DNA from: Desulfobacterales bacterium
GTDB lineage: Bacteria > Desulfobacterota > Desulfobacteria > Desulfobacterales > UBA5616
DNA length: 64,000 nt
Assembly: GCA_046483495.1 (NCBI GenBank)
Contig: JAWODC010000040.1
Span: 1 to 64,000 of the forward strand
Direction: 5' to 3'
How positions within the stretch are numbered: the first letter of the stretch is position 1; every line of letters starts with the position of its first letter. A program made the translations under genes and the position numbers. The notes beneath the pieces are model-generated. The model was not told the DNA's origin. It worked only from the letters and a program-made list of their open reading frames with translations, and ran no database searches. Shown one piece after another: positions 27,423 through 38,408 of the stretch.

Positions 27423-30185
27423 ATGAACGATAAAGCCATTATCATCAACGGCAACACATTTGCCTTTGCGCCGGGAGAAACCATTCTGGAGGTGGCCAAA
27501 CGGCATGACATCGATATTCCCACCCTTTGCCGGCTCAAGGGTGCTTCTCCCTCAGGCAACTGCGGTGTGTGCGTGGTGGAAGTCGAAGGCGAAAAAGAAC
27601 TGAAAAAAGCCTGCTCCACCGAGGCGTCGGAAAACATGGTAGTAAAGACGGAAACACCGCGGGTCGTCAATGCAAGACGTTACATCATTCGAAAATTGTT
27701 GGGCTCAGGCAACCACAACTGCGCCATTCGCGGCTCGAGTACGGGTGACTGGGCCCAATTCCAACTCCGGGTGAACCGGGCCGATAAAAGCGAAGAGCTT
27801 TGCCCGGTATGGGGGGATTGCCGGCTCCAGGACCTTGCCTATCGGTACCAGGTCACCGGGGACAATTTCAGCCCTCCGGAAGAAGAACATATTCTGGAGG
27901 ATGCCAATCCCTTTATTGTAAGGGATCTTTCCAGGTGCATTCTGTGCGGTCGATGCGTCAAGGCGTGCAATGAAATACAGGTGAATAACGCGATTATGTT
28001 TCGCTCCGACGAAAAAAAGATCGTTACCGGCGAAGCGGATGATCCCCTTAAGAATTCCAATTGCGTCTTCTGCGGGGAGTGTGTTCAGGCGTGCCCGGTC
28101 GGTGCCCTGGTGGAAAAGGACGCACGGTATGTCGTGCGGCCGTGGGAAACCGAAAAATTCCAGACGACGTGCACTTACTGCGGCGTGGGCTGCCAGATTT
28201 ATCTCCACGTGAAAGACGACAAAGTCGTCAAGGTGAGCGGCGTGGCCGATTCGCCGCCGAATTTCGGAAGCTTATGCGTAAAAGGACGATTCGGGTTCGA
28301 TTTCGTCAATTCCGACAAGCGGTTGACCACCCCGTTGATAAAGGAAAACGGAACCTTCCGGGAAGCCACCTGGGAAGAGGCGCTGGATAAGGTCGCCGAC
28401 AAACTCGGGCGAATCAAGGAGGCTCACGGGCCGGGCAGCATCGGCGTATTGACCTCCGCACGGGTAACCAATGAAGAAAACTATATCATCCAGAAATTCG
28501 CCCGTGCCGTATTGAAGACCAACAATGTAGACCACTGCGCCCGTCTCTGACACAGCTCCACCGTGGCCGGTCTGGCCGCAGCATTCGGCAGTGGTGCAAT
28601 GACAAATACGATTGCATGTACCGGAAAAGCGGATGTCGTTCTGATCACGGGATCCAACACCACGGAAAATCACCCGGTGCTTTCAACGTATGTGAAACGG
28701 GCGGTGCAATCCGGGAAAACCAAGCTGATCGTCGTCGATCCACGACGGGTCAAAATCGCTGAAATGGCTGACATTTATATCCGCCCCAACCTGGGAACGG
28801 ACGTTGCGTGGATCAATGGCATGATGCACGTGATCATCTCGGAAAAGCTTTATGACGAGGCATTCGTTCGGGAAAGAACCGAGGGATTCGAAGAACTGAA
28901 GCAGACGGTTGAAAAGTACACGCCCGAATATGTAGAAGACATCACCGGCATTCCTGCCGAAAAGCTGATCGAAGCGGCAAGGCTCTACGCGAGTGCCGGT
29001 GCCGGCAGTATCCTCTACTGCATGGGAATAACCCAGCACACATGCGGCACGGACAACGTCAAATCCCTTGCCAACCTGGCCATGCTTTGCGGAAATCTGG
29101 GGATCGAGGGGGGCGGTGTGAACCCCTTGAGAGGCCAGAACAATGTCCAGGGTGCATGTGATATGGGCGGGTTGCCCAACGTTTACACCGGATATCAGAG
29201 TGTTACGGACCCGGCGGTGAAAAAGAAAATGGAGGAGGCCTGGGGGGTCACGGGACTTTCGGATAAGGTGGGGCTCAAGGCAACGGAGATGGTGCCGAAG
29301 GCCCATACCGGAGAACTCAAAGCCCTGTACATCGTCGGGGAGAACCCGCTGGTTTCCGACCCGGATCTGAATCACGCGGAAGCCAGTTTCAAAAATCTCG
29401 ATTTTCTGGTGGTGCAGGATATCTTCATGACGGAAACGGCGCGGTTTGCGGATGTGGTGCTGCCTTCCAAATGTTTCGCCGAAAAGGACGGCACCTTCTC
29501 CAATACGGAACGCCGGGTGCAGCGTGTGCGCAAAGCGGTGAATCCACCGGGATCGGCCCTGGATGACTGGAAAATCATCTGCGAGATCTCCAACCGCATG
29601 GGCTATCGCATGGACTATGCCGATGCCGCCGCCATTATGACGGAAATCGCCCGTGTGACACCGTCCTACGGAGGTATTACCTACGATCGATTGGAAGCCG
29701 AAGGTCTTCATTGGCCGTGCCCCGATACGGATCATCCGGGAACTCCGATTCTGCACGTGGGGAAATTCCCATCCGGCAAAGGCAGGTTTCACGCGATCGA
29801 ATGGCGGGCGCCGGCTGAAATTGTCGATGAGGCGTATCCCCTGTTCCTGACCACGGGTAGGATTCTCTATCACTATCATACCGGAACCATGACGATGAAA
29901 ACCGAGGGGTTGAACGAACGGGCTCCGGAGTGTTTTGTCGAGATATCACCGTCCGATGCCGCGAAGTTCGGGCTTGATAACGGCGACCGGGTCACGATCG
30001 CATCCCGAAGGGGGAAAATCAGCGCGAAAATTCACATTTCCGAAAAGGCCGTGGACGGGACGGTGTTTATTCCGTTTCATTTTGCCGAAGCGGCAGCCAA
30101 CAAACTGACCAATTCGGCGCTTGATCCGGTCTCGGGTATTCCTGAATACAAAGTCTGCGCTGTTAAAATATCCGCAGCGGCATAA
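27423..30185 (+). CDS. fdhF: Selenocysteine-containing formate dehydrogenase alpha subunit; one gene, split in the ORF track at the TGA
   Basis: In-frame DHCARL-TGA(28548-28550)-HSSTVAGL is the FDH CAR(L/V)[U/C]H motif; N-terminal 2Fe-2S and 4Fe-4S domains; RGQNNVQG; RBS AAGGAGG. Confidence 0.93.
28551..28595 (+). promoter_or_regulatory. Candidate bacterial SECIS hairpin
   Basis: GTGGCC-GGTCT-GGCCGC stem-loop 12 nt after the UGA. Confidence 0.65.
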
Positions 30186-30201
30186 CCGCTTTTTCCAAAA
30201 A

Positions 30202-30236
30202 CATCCGGTTTCTCGAGTAAAGCCGGATGCTTTTTT
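30202..30236 (+). terminator. Rho-independent terminator after the formate dehydrogenase gene
   Basis: CATCCGGTTT..AAGCCGGATG followed by a T-run. Confidence 0.65.
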
Positions 30237-30250
30237 GTTTTTTAATCGAT

Positions 30251-31243
30251 ATGAACACAATTTCGACCATCAGGGCCCTCGGCCTTTGTTCCGGCGGACT
30301 CGACAGCATGCTGTCGGCGCTGATATTGAAAGAACAGGGTGCAGAGGTGGAATGGATCAGCTTTGAAACCCCTTTTTTTTCTTCGGCCAGGGCCGTGGAT
30401 GCCGCCCGGGAACTGCAAATTCCCCTGACAGTCAGGGACATCACCGACGTATACCTGGATATGCTGAAAAATCCGTCCGTCGGGTATGGAAAGAACATGA
30501 ACCCCTGTATGGACTGCCATCGCCTGATGTTTCACCTGGCCGGGCGGGTCATGACGGAAAAGGGCTTTTCGTTTATGTTCAGCGGCGAAGTGCTGGGGCA
30601 GCGGCCCATGAGCCAAACCCGATCCGCCCTGCGGTACGTGGAAAAGCACTCCGGGTATGACGGATATATTCTCCGTCCGCTAAGCGCGAGGCGCCTTCCC
30701 GAAACGATACCCGAAAAAGAGGGGTGGGTGAAAAGGGATCTGCTGCTCGGCCTGGCGGGGCGGTCAAGAAAGCCGCAGATCGCGCTTGCAGAAAAATACG
30801 GGATCACCCGTTTTCCCCCCCCGGCAGGGGGATGTCTCCTGACGGATAAGGGATTTTCCCGCCGGCTGAAAGACCTTTTCGACCATCAAACGGTGATCTC
30901 CCGCAACGATTACGAGCTGTTGAAACACGGCCGCCATATACGGCTCAATCCCAATGCCAAGATCATCGTCGGCCGGACCCGTGAAGATAATCAGCGGATC
31001 ATAGACAGGTCCGACCGGGATCGTGACGTGATCATAAGAATGAAGGAAATTCCGGGCCCGATCGTCATGATGCCGGGTGGGGGAAAAAAGGACGAGATCA
31101 TTCTCGCGGCATCCATTTGCGCGGGCTATGCAAAAGCCCCAAACAGCCGTCCAGTGTCGGTGTGCGTGGAAACTTCCCGTGAAAAAGAAATCGTAACGGT
31201 GGTTGCCGTACCTCCCCGGGACATTAGCCGCCTGCTTATTTGA
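30251..31243 (+). CDS. PP-loop tRNA thiouridylase-like protein (ThiI/MnmA-related, DUF814-type C-terminus)
   Basis: SGGLDS, NPCMDC, GEVLGQRPMSQ, GGCLLTD. Confidence 0.8.
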   Translation: MNTISTIRALGLCSGGLDSMLSALILKEQGAEVEWISFETPFFSSARAVDAARELQIPLTVRDITDVYLDMLKNPSVGYGKNMNPCMDCHRLMFHLAGRVMTEKGFSFMFSGEVLGQRPMSQTRSALRYVEKHSGYDGYILRPLSARRLPETIPEKEGWVKRDLLLGLAGRSRKPQIALAEKYGITRFPPPAGGCLLTDKGFSRRLKDLFDHQTVISRNDYELLKHGRHIRLNPNAKIIVGRTREDNQRIIDRSDRDRDVIIRMKEIPGPIVMMPGGGKKDEIILAASICAGYAKAPNSRPVSVCVETSREKEIVTVVAVPPRDISRLLI

Positions 31244-32294
31244 TCAGGTGCTGTCGGAAGCGGCCTGTTGCCCGCAACTGGCCGCAGGCGCCCATGATAT
31301 CCTCCCCCTTGCTTCTCCGGATCACGGCTGTGTAGTTGCGGCTCAGCAGCACGTCCTGGAATTGGGAAATCACCGATTCCGGGGGGCGCTCGAAATCGGA
31401 GCCCTCATGGGCATTGAAGGGTATGAGGTTGATTTTCGCCTTGATGCCGTGAAGCAGTTTGGCGAGGCGTTGTGCGTCTTTTGGAGAATCATTGACGTTT
31501 CGGATGAGGATATATTCGAAGGTAATTCGGCGTCGGGCGGGTAGCGGGTATTTCCTGCAGGCGTCCAACAAGACGGCAATGGGGAATGTTCGGTTGATGG
31601 GCATCAGCAGGTCCCGTGTTTCATCATCGGCGGCATTTAACGACACCGCCGGATTTGCCGATGTGTCGCGGCCCAGATCGATGATTTTGGATGCGATTCC
31701 AGCCGTGGAAATGGTTACCCGGCGGCTGGAAAAATTCAATCCCGAATCCCCGCTCATCAGGGTGTTCGCGGCGCTGACCACGTTTTCATAATTCGCCAGC
31801 GGCTCGCCCATTCCCATGAAGACGATGTTCGTCAGGCGCTCGGGATCATGCATCGAAAAGGCCGTATCACGGACTTGGGCCAGGATTTCGCCGCGTGTCA
31901 GGTTCCGGATGAGCCCTCCCTGCCCGGTCCGGCAGAACGTGCATCCCAGAGCGCATCCTGCCTGGCTCGAAATGCATAACGTAAAATGGTTTTTTTCAGC
32001 AATCAGCACGGTTTCGATAAGCTCGCCGTCCGATAATTGAAACAGGTGTTTTATCGAGCCGTCGGCGGATTTGGCCGTTTCCGCCGGTGTCAGGCGGGTG
32101 ATGGCAAACGCATCTTCGAGAAGAGACCGCAGCCTTTTCGAAAGATTTGTCATTGCACTGAAATCATCCGTCTGGCCGGTGAATATCCATTTGAAGATCT
32201 GTTTGGCCCTGTAAGGTTCAAAGCCCCTTTCTGTCAGCCATGCGGACACTTCCTCCGGCCGGCAGTTGATGATATCGGTTCGTGATGATGCCAT
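31236..32294 (-). CDS. rlmN: 23S rRNA m2A2503 methyltransferase (radical SAM)
   Basis: CISSQAGCALGCTFC, MGMGEP, GEDIMGACGQL. Confidence 0.95.
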   Translation of the reverse strand: MASSRTDIINCRPEEVSAWLTERGFEPYRAKQIFKWIFTGQTDDFSAMTNLSKRLRSLLEDAFAITRLTPAETAKSADGSIKHLFQLSDGELIETVLIAEKNHFTLCISSQAGCALGCTFCRTGQGGLIRNLTRGEILAQVRDTAFSMHDPERLTNIVFMGMGEPLANYENVVSAANTLMSGDSGLNFSSRRVTISTAGIASKIIDLGRDTSANPAVSLNAADDETRDLLMPINRTFPIAVLLDACRKYPLPARRRITFEYILIRNVNDSPKDAQRLAKLLHGIKAKINLIPFNAHEGSDFERPPESVISQFQDVLLSRNYTAVIRRSKGEDIMGACGQLRATGRFRQHLIK

Positions 32295-32560
32295 TTTTTC
32301 CTATTTAAAAAATTTGAATTTTCGTGATTTCCGAATATGCTTGACACTACAGACTTTACATACTATTTTCAAGGATTTCTTTCGCTTAAGGGCTGCAGTG
32401 TAAAACGGTAGCGAATTTTGTTGAATTTGGGCAAAAATTTTAATGCCCGAGAGGGATAAATTTTTGCTTTTTGCAGGATAACCTGTTATACTTACAAAAA
32501 ATCGTAATTTACGAATACAATAAATACCACTAGGGGGGAGTCCCCGGGTTGTAAACAGGT

Positions 32561-33892
32561 ATGTTTGAAAATCTAAGCGAGAAACTGGATTCGGTGTTCC
32601 GAAAGCTGAAGGGGCACGGTAAACTGACGGAGAAAAATATCGAGGACGGGTTGAAGGAAGTGCGGATGGCGCTTCTGGAAGCCGACGTGCATTACCGCGT
32701 CGTCAAAAAATTCATTGCCGACACAAAAGAACGGGCCTTGGGCGGCGATGTGATGAAAAGTCTGACACCGGGTCAGCAGGTCATCAAGATCGTCAACGAG
32801 CAACTCACGGAGCTCATGGGCTCCACCCATGAAGGGCTGTCGCTTTCCGGAGCGGCGCCGGTTTCGATCATGCTTGTCGGACTTCAGGGGTCAGGAAAGA
32901 CCACTACAGCCGGCAAGTTATCTGTTTTATTGCGGAAACAGGGCCGCAAACCCTATTTGGTTCCGGCGGATGTTTACCGGCCTGCCGCCATCGAACAGTT
33001 GACAAAGATCGGTCAGCAGCTCGATATTCCGGTGTATCCGGCCGATACGGCCATGGATCCGGTGCACATAAGCAGCGACGCCGGAATCGCAGCGCAAAAA
33101 GCGGGATGCGATACACTGATTCTGGATACGGCAGGCAGGCTGCATATCGATGATGAGCTCATGGGTGAACTGGACCGCATCAAAAAAGCCGTTCGGCCCT
33201 CGGATATTTTGCTGGTTGCGGATGCCATGACAGGCCAGGATGCCGTTAATATCGCCAAATCGTTCAACGACAAACTGGATATCGGCGGCGTCGTGCTGAC
33301 CAAACTCGATGGCGATGCGCGTGGCGGCGCCGCATTGTCTATTAAAGCGATCACCCAAAAGCCGATAAAATTCGCGGGTGTCGGAGAGAAACTGAACGAT
33401 CTCGAACCGTTTCATCCCGAACGAATGGCCTCCAAAATACTGGGCATGGGCGATGTACTGACCCTGATCGAAAGAGCCCAGGAAATGGTGGATGAAAAAG
33501 AGGCGGCGGAACTCGAGAAGAAGCTGAGAAAAAGTGAATTCACACTTGAAGATTTTCGAAGCCAGATGGTTCAGGTGCGAAAGATGGGTTCCCTTTCAGA
33601 TATGCTGGATATGATTCCCGGGATGGGAAAAATGAAGCAGCTCAAGAACTTCACCGTGGATGACAGGGAACTGGTCAAAATCGAAGCCATCATCGATTCC
33701 ATGACCCCGGAAGAGCGAAGAAAGCACGCCATGATCAACGGCAGCAGGCGGAAAAGAATTGCCAAGGGAAGTGGAACAAGTGTACAAGATGTGAATAAGC
33801 TGCTTAAAAATTATGCCCAAGTTATGAAAATGATGAAAAAATTCAATAAAGGCGGCATGCGCGGACTTGGCCGGGGAATGTTGCCGTTCTAA
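32561..33892 (+). CDS. ffh: Signal recognition particle protein
   Basis: GLQGSGKTT, DTAGR, TKLDGDARGG, Met-rich M domain. Confidence 0.98.
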   Translation: MFENLSEKLDSVFRKLKGHGKLTEKNIEDGLKEVRMALLEADVHYRVVKKFIADTKERALGGDVMKSLTPGQQVIKIVNEQLTELMGSTHEGLSLSGAAPVSIMLVGLQGSGKTTTAGKLSVLLRKQGRKPYLVPADVYRPAAIEQLTKIGQQLDIPVYPADTAMDPVHISSDAGIAAQKAGCDTLILDTAGRLHIDDELMGELDRIKKAVRPSDILLVADAMTGQDAVNIAKSFNDKLDIGGVVLTKLDGDARGGAALSIKAITQKPIKFAGVGEKLNDLEPFHPERMASKILGMGDVLTLIERAQEMVDEKEAAELEKKLRKSEFTLEDFRSQMVQVRKMGSLSDMLDMIPGMGKMKQLKNFTVDDRELVKIEAIIDSMTPEERRKHAMINGSRRKRIAKGSGTSVQDVNKLLKNYAQVMKMMKKFNKGGMRGLGRGMLPF

Positions 33893-33905
33893 GGAGAAAG
33901 GATAA

Positions 33906-34163
33906 ATGGCAGTTAAAATCAGATTGGCCAGACATGGGGCGAAAAAACGACCGTTTTATCGTATCGTTGTCGCGGATGTTGAAGCACCGAGGGATGGACG
34001 ATTTCTGGAGACCGTCGGCACCTACAATCCGCTGAAAGAACCCGCTGAAGTAATGTTTAAGGACGAACGGGTGGATTATTGGATAAAACAAGGCGCTACT
34101 CCGACGGAAACGGTAAGGAGCCTGTTAAAAAAAGAAGGATTTTATTCCAAATCCGCCGAGTAG
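33906..34163 (+). CDS. rpsP: 30S ribosomal protein S16
   Basis: [24 protein letters not shown]. Confidence 0.98.
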   Translation: MAVKIRLARHGAKKRPFYRIVVADVEAPRDGRFLETVGTYNPLKEPAEVMFKDERVDYWIKQGATPTETVRSLLKKEGFYSKSAE

Positions 34164-34208
34164 CGTCCGGACCCCTTATTCTCAGCAGCCGATAAAGGAG
34201 GCGGGGCT

Positions 34209-34439
34209 ATGAAAGAGCTGATCAAATATATCGCTCAGGCTTTAGTTGACAATCCGGAACAAGTGGAAGTTGCAGAAGTCGAGGGAAACCAGACTTCGGT
34301 ACTGGAGCTTAAAGTGGCAAAAGAGGATTTAGGGAAAGTCATCGGCAAACAGGGAAGGACTGCTCGTGCCATGCGGACGATTTTGTCCGCGGCATCTGCT
34401 AAAGTCAAGAAACGGACTGTCTTGGAAATCGTAGAATGA
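34209..34439 (+). CDS. khpA: KH-domain RNA-binding protein
   Basis: [17 protein letters not shown]; conserved position after rpsP. Confidence 0.93.
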   Translation: MKELIKYIAQALVDNPEQVEVAEVEGNQTSVLELKVAKEDLGKVIGKQGRTARAMRTILSAASAKVKKRTVLEIVE

Positions 34440-34443
34440 TCCG

Positions 34444-34950
34444 GTGAGCGAGCGTGATATGCTGGCCGTTGGAAGGATTACCGGTGTCCACGGGATCAGA
34501 GGCAGCCTGAAAATCATATACTATGCCGAACCGACCGGTATTCAAAAGGATGGGTTTACACTGATTCGCCATCCGTCCGGCTGGGAAAAAGAATTCGAGG
34601 TCAAGGGGGTCCGTCCTTATAAAAAAGGGGCCCTCTTATTCCTGGAAGAGGTGACGGACCGCAGCCATGCCGAGAAATTTGTCGGCGGCGAAATTTTTGT
34701 TTATCGACGTGATTTGCCGGAGCTGGAAGAGGGGGTTTACTATTGGGCCGATTTAATCGGAATGCAGGTATACGATGGCGACCGCCTTATCGGCCGAATG
34801 GAAGCTATCATCGAAACCGGCAGCAATGATGTATACGTCGTAAAAGATAAAAACGGGAAAGAAACACTGATTCCGGCTTTGGCATCGGTGGTTCTGGATG
34901 TGAATGTGAAAACGGAAACCATGCGGGTAAGATTACCGGATGGTTTATGA
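34444..34950 (+). CDS. rimM: 16S rRNA processing protein
   Basis: VGRITGVHGIRG, YYWADLIG, GSNDVYV. Confidence 0.95.
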   Translation: MSERDMLAVGRITGVHGIRGSLKIIYYAEPTGIQKDGFTLIRHPSGWEKEFEVKGVRPYKKGALLFLEEVTDRSHAEKFVGGEIFVYRRDLPELEEGVYYWADLIGMQVYDGDRLIGRMEAIIETGSNDVYVVKDKNGKETLIPALASVVLDVNVKTETMRVRLPDGL

Positions 34951-35756
34951 TTTTTTGGCGGATTGAAATGAAATTTATTGCCTTGACGATTTTTCCGGAG
35001 ATGTTTGACTGTTTTTTTCAATACGGAATTATCAGAAAGGCGATCGAAGAAAAAAAAATTTCAGCCTCCACCGTCAACATACGGGATTACGCGACAGACA
35101 AGCACCGCACAACCGATGACCGTCCTTATGGCGGCGGTTGTGGAATGGTGATGAAACCGGAACCCTTAGCCGGTGCCCTCGAGCAGGCAGAAGCAATTGC
35201 CAAAGGCGCTCGGCGTATTTTGCTGACGCCCCAGGGGCGCAAATTCGACCAGCACATGGCAGCGGAGCTTGCCCTCGCGCCGGCACTGATTCTGATTTGC
35301 GGGCGTTACGAGGGGATCGATGAAAGAGTGTGCCATGGCTTTGTAGACGATGAGGTCTCGGTGGGGGATTTTGTTTTGACCGGCGGGGAGCTGCCCGCCA
35401 TGGTCGTTATGGAAGCTGTAACCCGGCTCATCCCGGGCACGCTCGGCGGCGAGGATTCAGCCCGGCAGGAAACGTTCACCGATAACCTGCTGGAGCATGC
35501 CCATTTTACCCGCCCAAGAGAGTTTCAGGGAAAACGGGTGCCGGATGTGCTGTTCTCCGGAAATCATGAGGCCATATCGCGGTGGCGTCGTGAATCGTCG
35601 ATGATACGTACCTTCCTAAAACGAATGGATCTTTTGGAGAACAGGGCGTTGACATCCGAGGAAATCCGGATATTGGAAAAGTGGTGTCTTGAAATCGAAC
35701 GAATTATCAAAAACCAGACTTTACGTGGCACTGGCGCATTATCCGGTGGTGAATAA
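34947..35756 (+). CDS. trmD: tRNA m1G37 methyltransferase
   Basis: DDRPYGGG, CGRYEGIDER, GDFVLTGGE. Confidence 0.97.
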   Translation: MIFWRIEMKFIALTIFPEMFDCFFQYGIIRKAIEEKKISASTVNIRDYATDKHRTTDDRPYGGGCGMVMKPEPLAGALEQAEAIAKGARRILLTPQGRKFDQHMAAELALAPALILICGRYEGIDERVCHGFVDDEVSVGDFVLTGGELPAMVVMEAVTRLIPGTLGGEDSARQETFTDNLLEHAHFTRPREFQGKRVPDVLFSGNHEAISRWRRESSMIRTFLKRMDLLENRALTSEEIRILEKWCLEIERIIKNQTLRGTGALSGGE

Positions 35757-36267
35757 AAACGGCCGAACCATTGCATCGGCGGTGACAAGCCTGGATCTTC
35801 ATGATATCGCAAGGGCTTCGAAAACGTTCGGCATCGAGCTTTTCTATGTGGTTACGCCTCTCGAGGATCAGAAAATACTCGTCGACCGGATTGTCAGGCA
35901 CTGGACGGACGGCCCGGGATCTCACTATAATGGGCTGCGAAAACAGGCGTTGGAGCTGATTCGAATTGAACATAGCCTTGAATCGGCTAAGCGGCATATC
36001 GCCGGATTCGGAGACGGCGCGCCAAAAGTGGTCGCGACCTGCGCCCGGCACATCGACAACAGCATTGATTATGATCGGATGAAGGAAATGCTGGCGACCG
36101 GAGATCCCTATCTTCTGGTGTTCGGAACGGCTTGGGGTCTGCCGGATACGTTGCTGAAAAGCACGGATTACGTGTTGGAGCCCATAGGCAAAAACAAAGG
36201 CTATAATCATCTTTCGGTGCGAAGCGCCGCAGCGATTATGCTGGATCGGCTGGTGGGGGAGGCGTGA
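35689..36267 (+). CDS. SPOUT RNA methyltransferase-like protein associated with trmD
   Basis: LYVALAHYPV, LDLHDIAR, FGTAWGL, YNHLSVRSA. Confidence 0.88.
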   Translation: MKSNELSKTRLYVALAHYPVVNKNGRTIASAVTSLDLHDIARASKTFGIELFYVVTPLEDQKILVDRIVRHWTDGPGSHYNGLRKQALELIRIEHSLESAKRHIAGFGDGAPKVVATCARHIDNSIDYDRMKEMLATGDPYLLVFGTAWGLPDTLLKSTDYVLEPIGKNKGYNHLSVRSAAAIMLDRLVGEA

Positions 36268-36381
36268 ACACCCGATATGCGTCCGGAATGGTCATTTTTT
36301 AGTTGACTTGAAATCTGTATGATTTATTAAGAAAGCTTTTTAGACGAAACACTACCAAACTCGAGCAGGAGATTACGCATC

Positions 36382-36726
36382 ATGAAAGCTATAGAACAGA
36401 TCGGAAAAGAAGTGATGCGCCTTGATCACCCGAATTTTTTACCGGGGGATACGATTAAGGTTCATGTTAAAATAAGGGAGGGGGATAAAGAGCGCATCCA
36501 GATTTTTCAGGGTGTCGTCATCGGGAAAAAAAATAATGGCGCCAATTCGACGTTTACCGTCCGAAAAGTTTCCTACGGCGTCGGCGTTGAACGTGTTTTT
36601 CTGTTCCATTCCCCCGTTATCGAAAGAATTGAAGTGGTGACACGGGGACGTGTCCGTCGGGCTAAGATTTATTATCTTCGGAAGTTGCGAGGGAAGGCTG
36701 CCAGAATTAAGGAGCGCCGTTTCTGA
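36382..36726 (+). CDS. rplS: 50S ribosomal protein L19
   Basis: [32 protein letters not shown]. Confidence 0.98.
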   Translation: MKAIEQIGKEVMRLDHPNFLPGDTIKVHVKIREGDKERIQIFQGVVIGKKNNGANSTFTVRKVSYGVGVERVFLFHSPVIERIEVVTRGRVRRAKIYYLRKLRGKAARIKERRF

Positions 36727-36774
36727 ATGGAGATTCATGGGTTTGGAAACGGCGTCTTTCGTGGTGTATAGTTA

Positions 36775-36825
36775 AGGCTGAAAGCTCGAGGTTGAAAGGG
36801 TCGAGGCTCGATGCTGAAGGCTCAA
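36775..36825. repeat. Imperfect 7-bp tandem repeat, about 7 units
   Basis: GGCTGAA AGCTCGA GGTTGAA AGGGTCGA GGCTCGA TGCTGAA GGCTCAA. Confidence 0.6.
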
Positions 36826-36977
36826 CATTGTCACACTACTCCTGAAGACCAAAAACGTGTTTACCGGCGCTTGTTTTCATCCATTTCTATTCTGCGGTGC
36901 CTGCACCGATTTGTCAGTGGAAATGGATGTTCGCAGTTACCTGGGCACTACCTATTCATCAGCAGGATCTTTGCAGC

Positions 36978-37604
36978 GTGAACCTGTGGGCATATGAAAA
37001 GCAAGCCATATCGGCGGGATATTGCCGAATCGCGGGTATCGATGAGGCCGGCCGGGGGCCATTGGCCGGTCCTGTGGTTTCCGCCGCTGTTATACTGCCG
37101 TCAACCTTTTCCGTTCCGGATGTCACGGATTCCAAGAAACTCGCCCCGCAAAAACGGGAATATTTGTATGGCCGGATCTACGAGCAGGCGGTCGCCGTCG
37201 GGATCGGCATTGTCGACAGCAATGAAATCGACCGTATCAACATCTTGAATGCCTCTCTCCTTTCGATGGTGATGGCGGTAGGCAATCTGTTTCCCATGCC
37301 TGACTTTTTGCTCATCGACGGCAATTTCCCCATCCGTTCGGCGATTCCCCAGGAGACGGTGGTGCGTGGCGATTCACTGAGCATTTCCGTGGCGTGTGCT
37401 TCGATCGTCGCTAAAGTAACACGGGACCGATTGATGGAGCGATATCATGAGGATGATCCCCGCTATGGATTCGATCAGCACAAAGGATACGCCACCCGGG
37501 AGCACAGAGAAGCCATTCGAAAATACGGATACTGCTTTATTCATCGAAAAACATTTAAAGGGGTGGATATGCCCCTGCAGCTTCAGTTGTTTGGGGAAAC
37601 ATGA
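36978..37604 (+). CDS. rnhB: Ribonuclease HII
   Basis: GIDEAGRGPLAGPV, DSKKL, ASIVAKVTRD, HKGY. Confidence 0.96.
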   Translation: MNLWAYEKQAISAGYCRIAGIDEAGRGPLAGPVVSAAVILPSTFSVPDVTDSKKLAPQKREYLYGRIYEQAVAVGIGIVDSNEIDRINILNASLLSMVMAVGNLFPMPDFLLIDGNFPIRSAIPQETVVRGDSLSISVACASIVAKVTRDRLMERYHEDDPRYGFDQHKGYATREHREAIRKYGYCFIHRKTFKGVDMPLQLQLFGET

Positions 37605-38326
37605 TGCAAGCCATCAAGTCCGTGCTGTTCGATTTCGGTGGAACACTATTCGACTATAGGGATCTTGAAAAGGCGGAACGTGAATGCCTGATCCATATGG
37701 CCGATTACCTGGGGGTCGAAGCCACGGCGGAGGAGATCCTGGCCCTTTATCGCCAAGCAATGGGAAAGGTATTCATGGCATATCTTCCCAGGAAATTTTA
37801 CCTTCACCGGGACCTGTTCAGGGACGCATTCATGGAGTTGCTTCAGGGACTCGGGGTCGAGCCCCATCCGAACCATTATGAGCGGTATCGCGTAAAACAG
37901 TGGGAACTGCACAAGCGGGATTTTCAATTGAGAAAGGGGGTGCCGGAAACGCTGGACAGACTGAAACGAGGGAATATGCATCTTGGCATCGTCAGTAATA
38001 TCGATGAAGATCAATTATCCCTTTTACTGGAAATTTCAGGTATCGAGCCGTATTTTGACGATATTATTTCCAGCGAGAAGACAGGATCGTGCAAACCGGA
38101 TTCGGCCATTTTCAATCATGCCCTGGCCCGTGTCAATTGTCGTGCCGAGGAAGTGCTGTTTGTCGGTGATACACCCCTGCAGGATATTTCCGGTGCTAAA
38201 AAAGCAGGTATGAAAACCGTTCTGATCGACACCCGTGAACGTTACGGCGATTCAGAGCCGGAATTGACGCCCGATTTCATTATACGTGAAATACCCGAAT
38301 TGCCGGACCTGATATGGAACGGTTGA
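37601..38326 (+). CDS. HAD family hydrolase
   Basis: FDFGGTL, VSN, KPD, FVGD..DI. Confidence 0.88.
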   Translation: MMQAIKSVLFDFGGTLFDYRDLEKAERECLIHMADYLGVEATAEEILALYRQAMGKVFMAYLPRKFYLHRDLFRDAFMELLQGLGVEPHPNHYERYRVKQWELHKRDFQLRKGVPETLDRLKRGNMHLGIVSNIDEDQLSLLLEISGIEPYFDDIISSEKTGSCKPDSAIFNHALARVNCRAEEVLFVGDTPLQDISGAKKAGMKTVLIDTRERYGDSEPELTPDFIIREIPELPDLIWNG

Positions 38327-38408
38327 TTTGATTTGCCGAATACATCAAACCTTGATATGAAGGGTCGAGTTGTCCTGAGTTAAACATGTGATCAAAAGGA
38401 GGTTGCGT

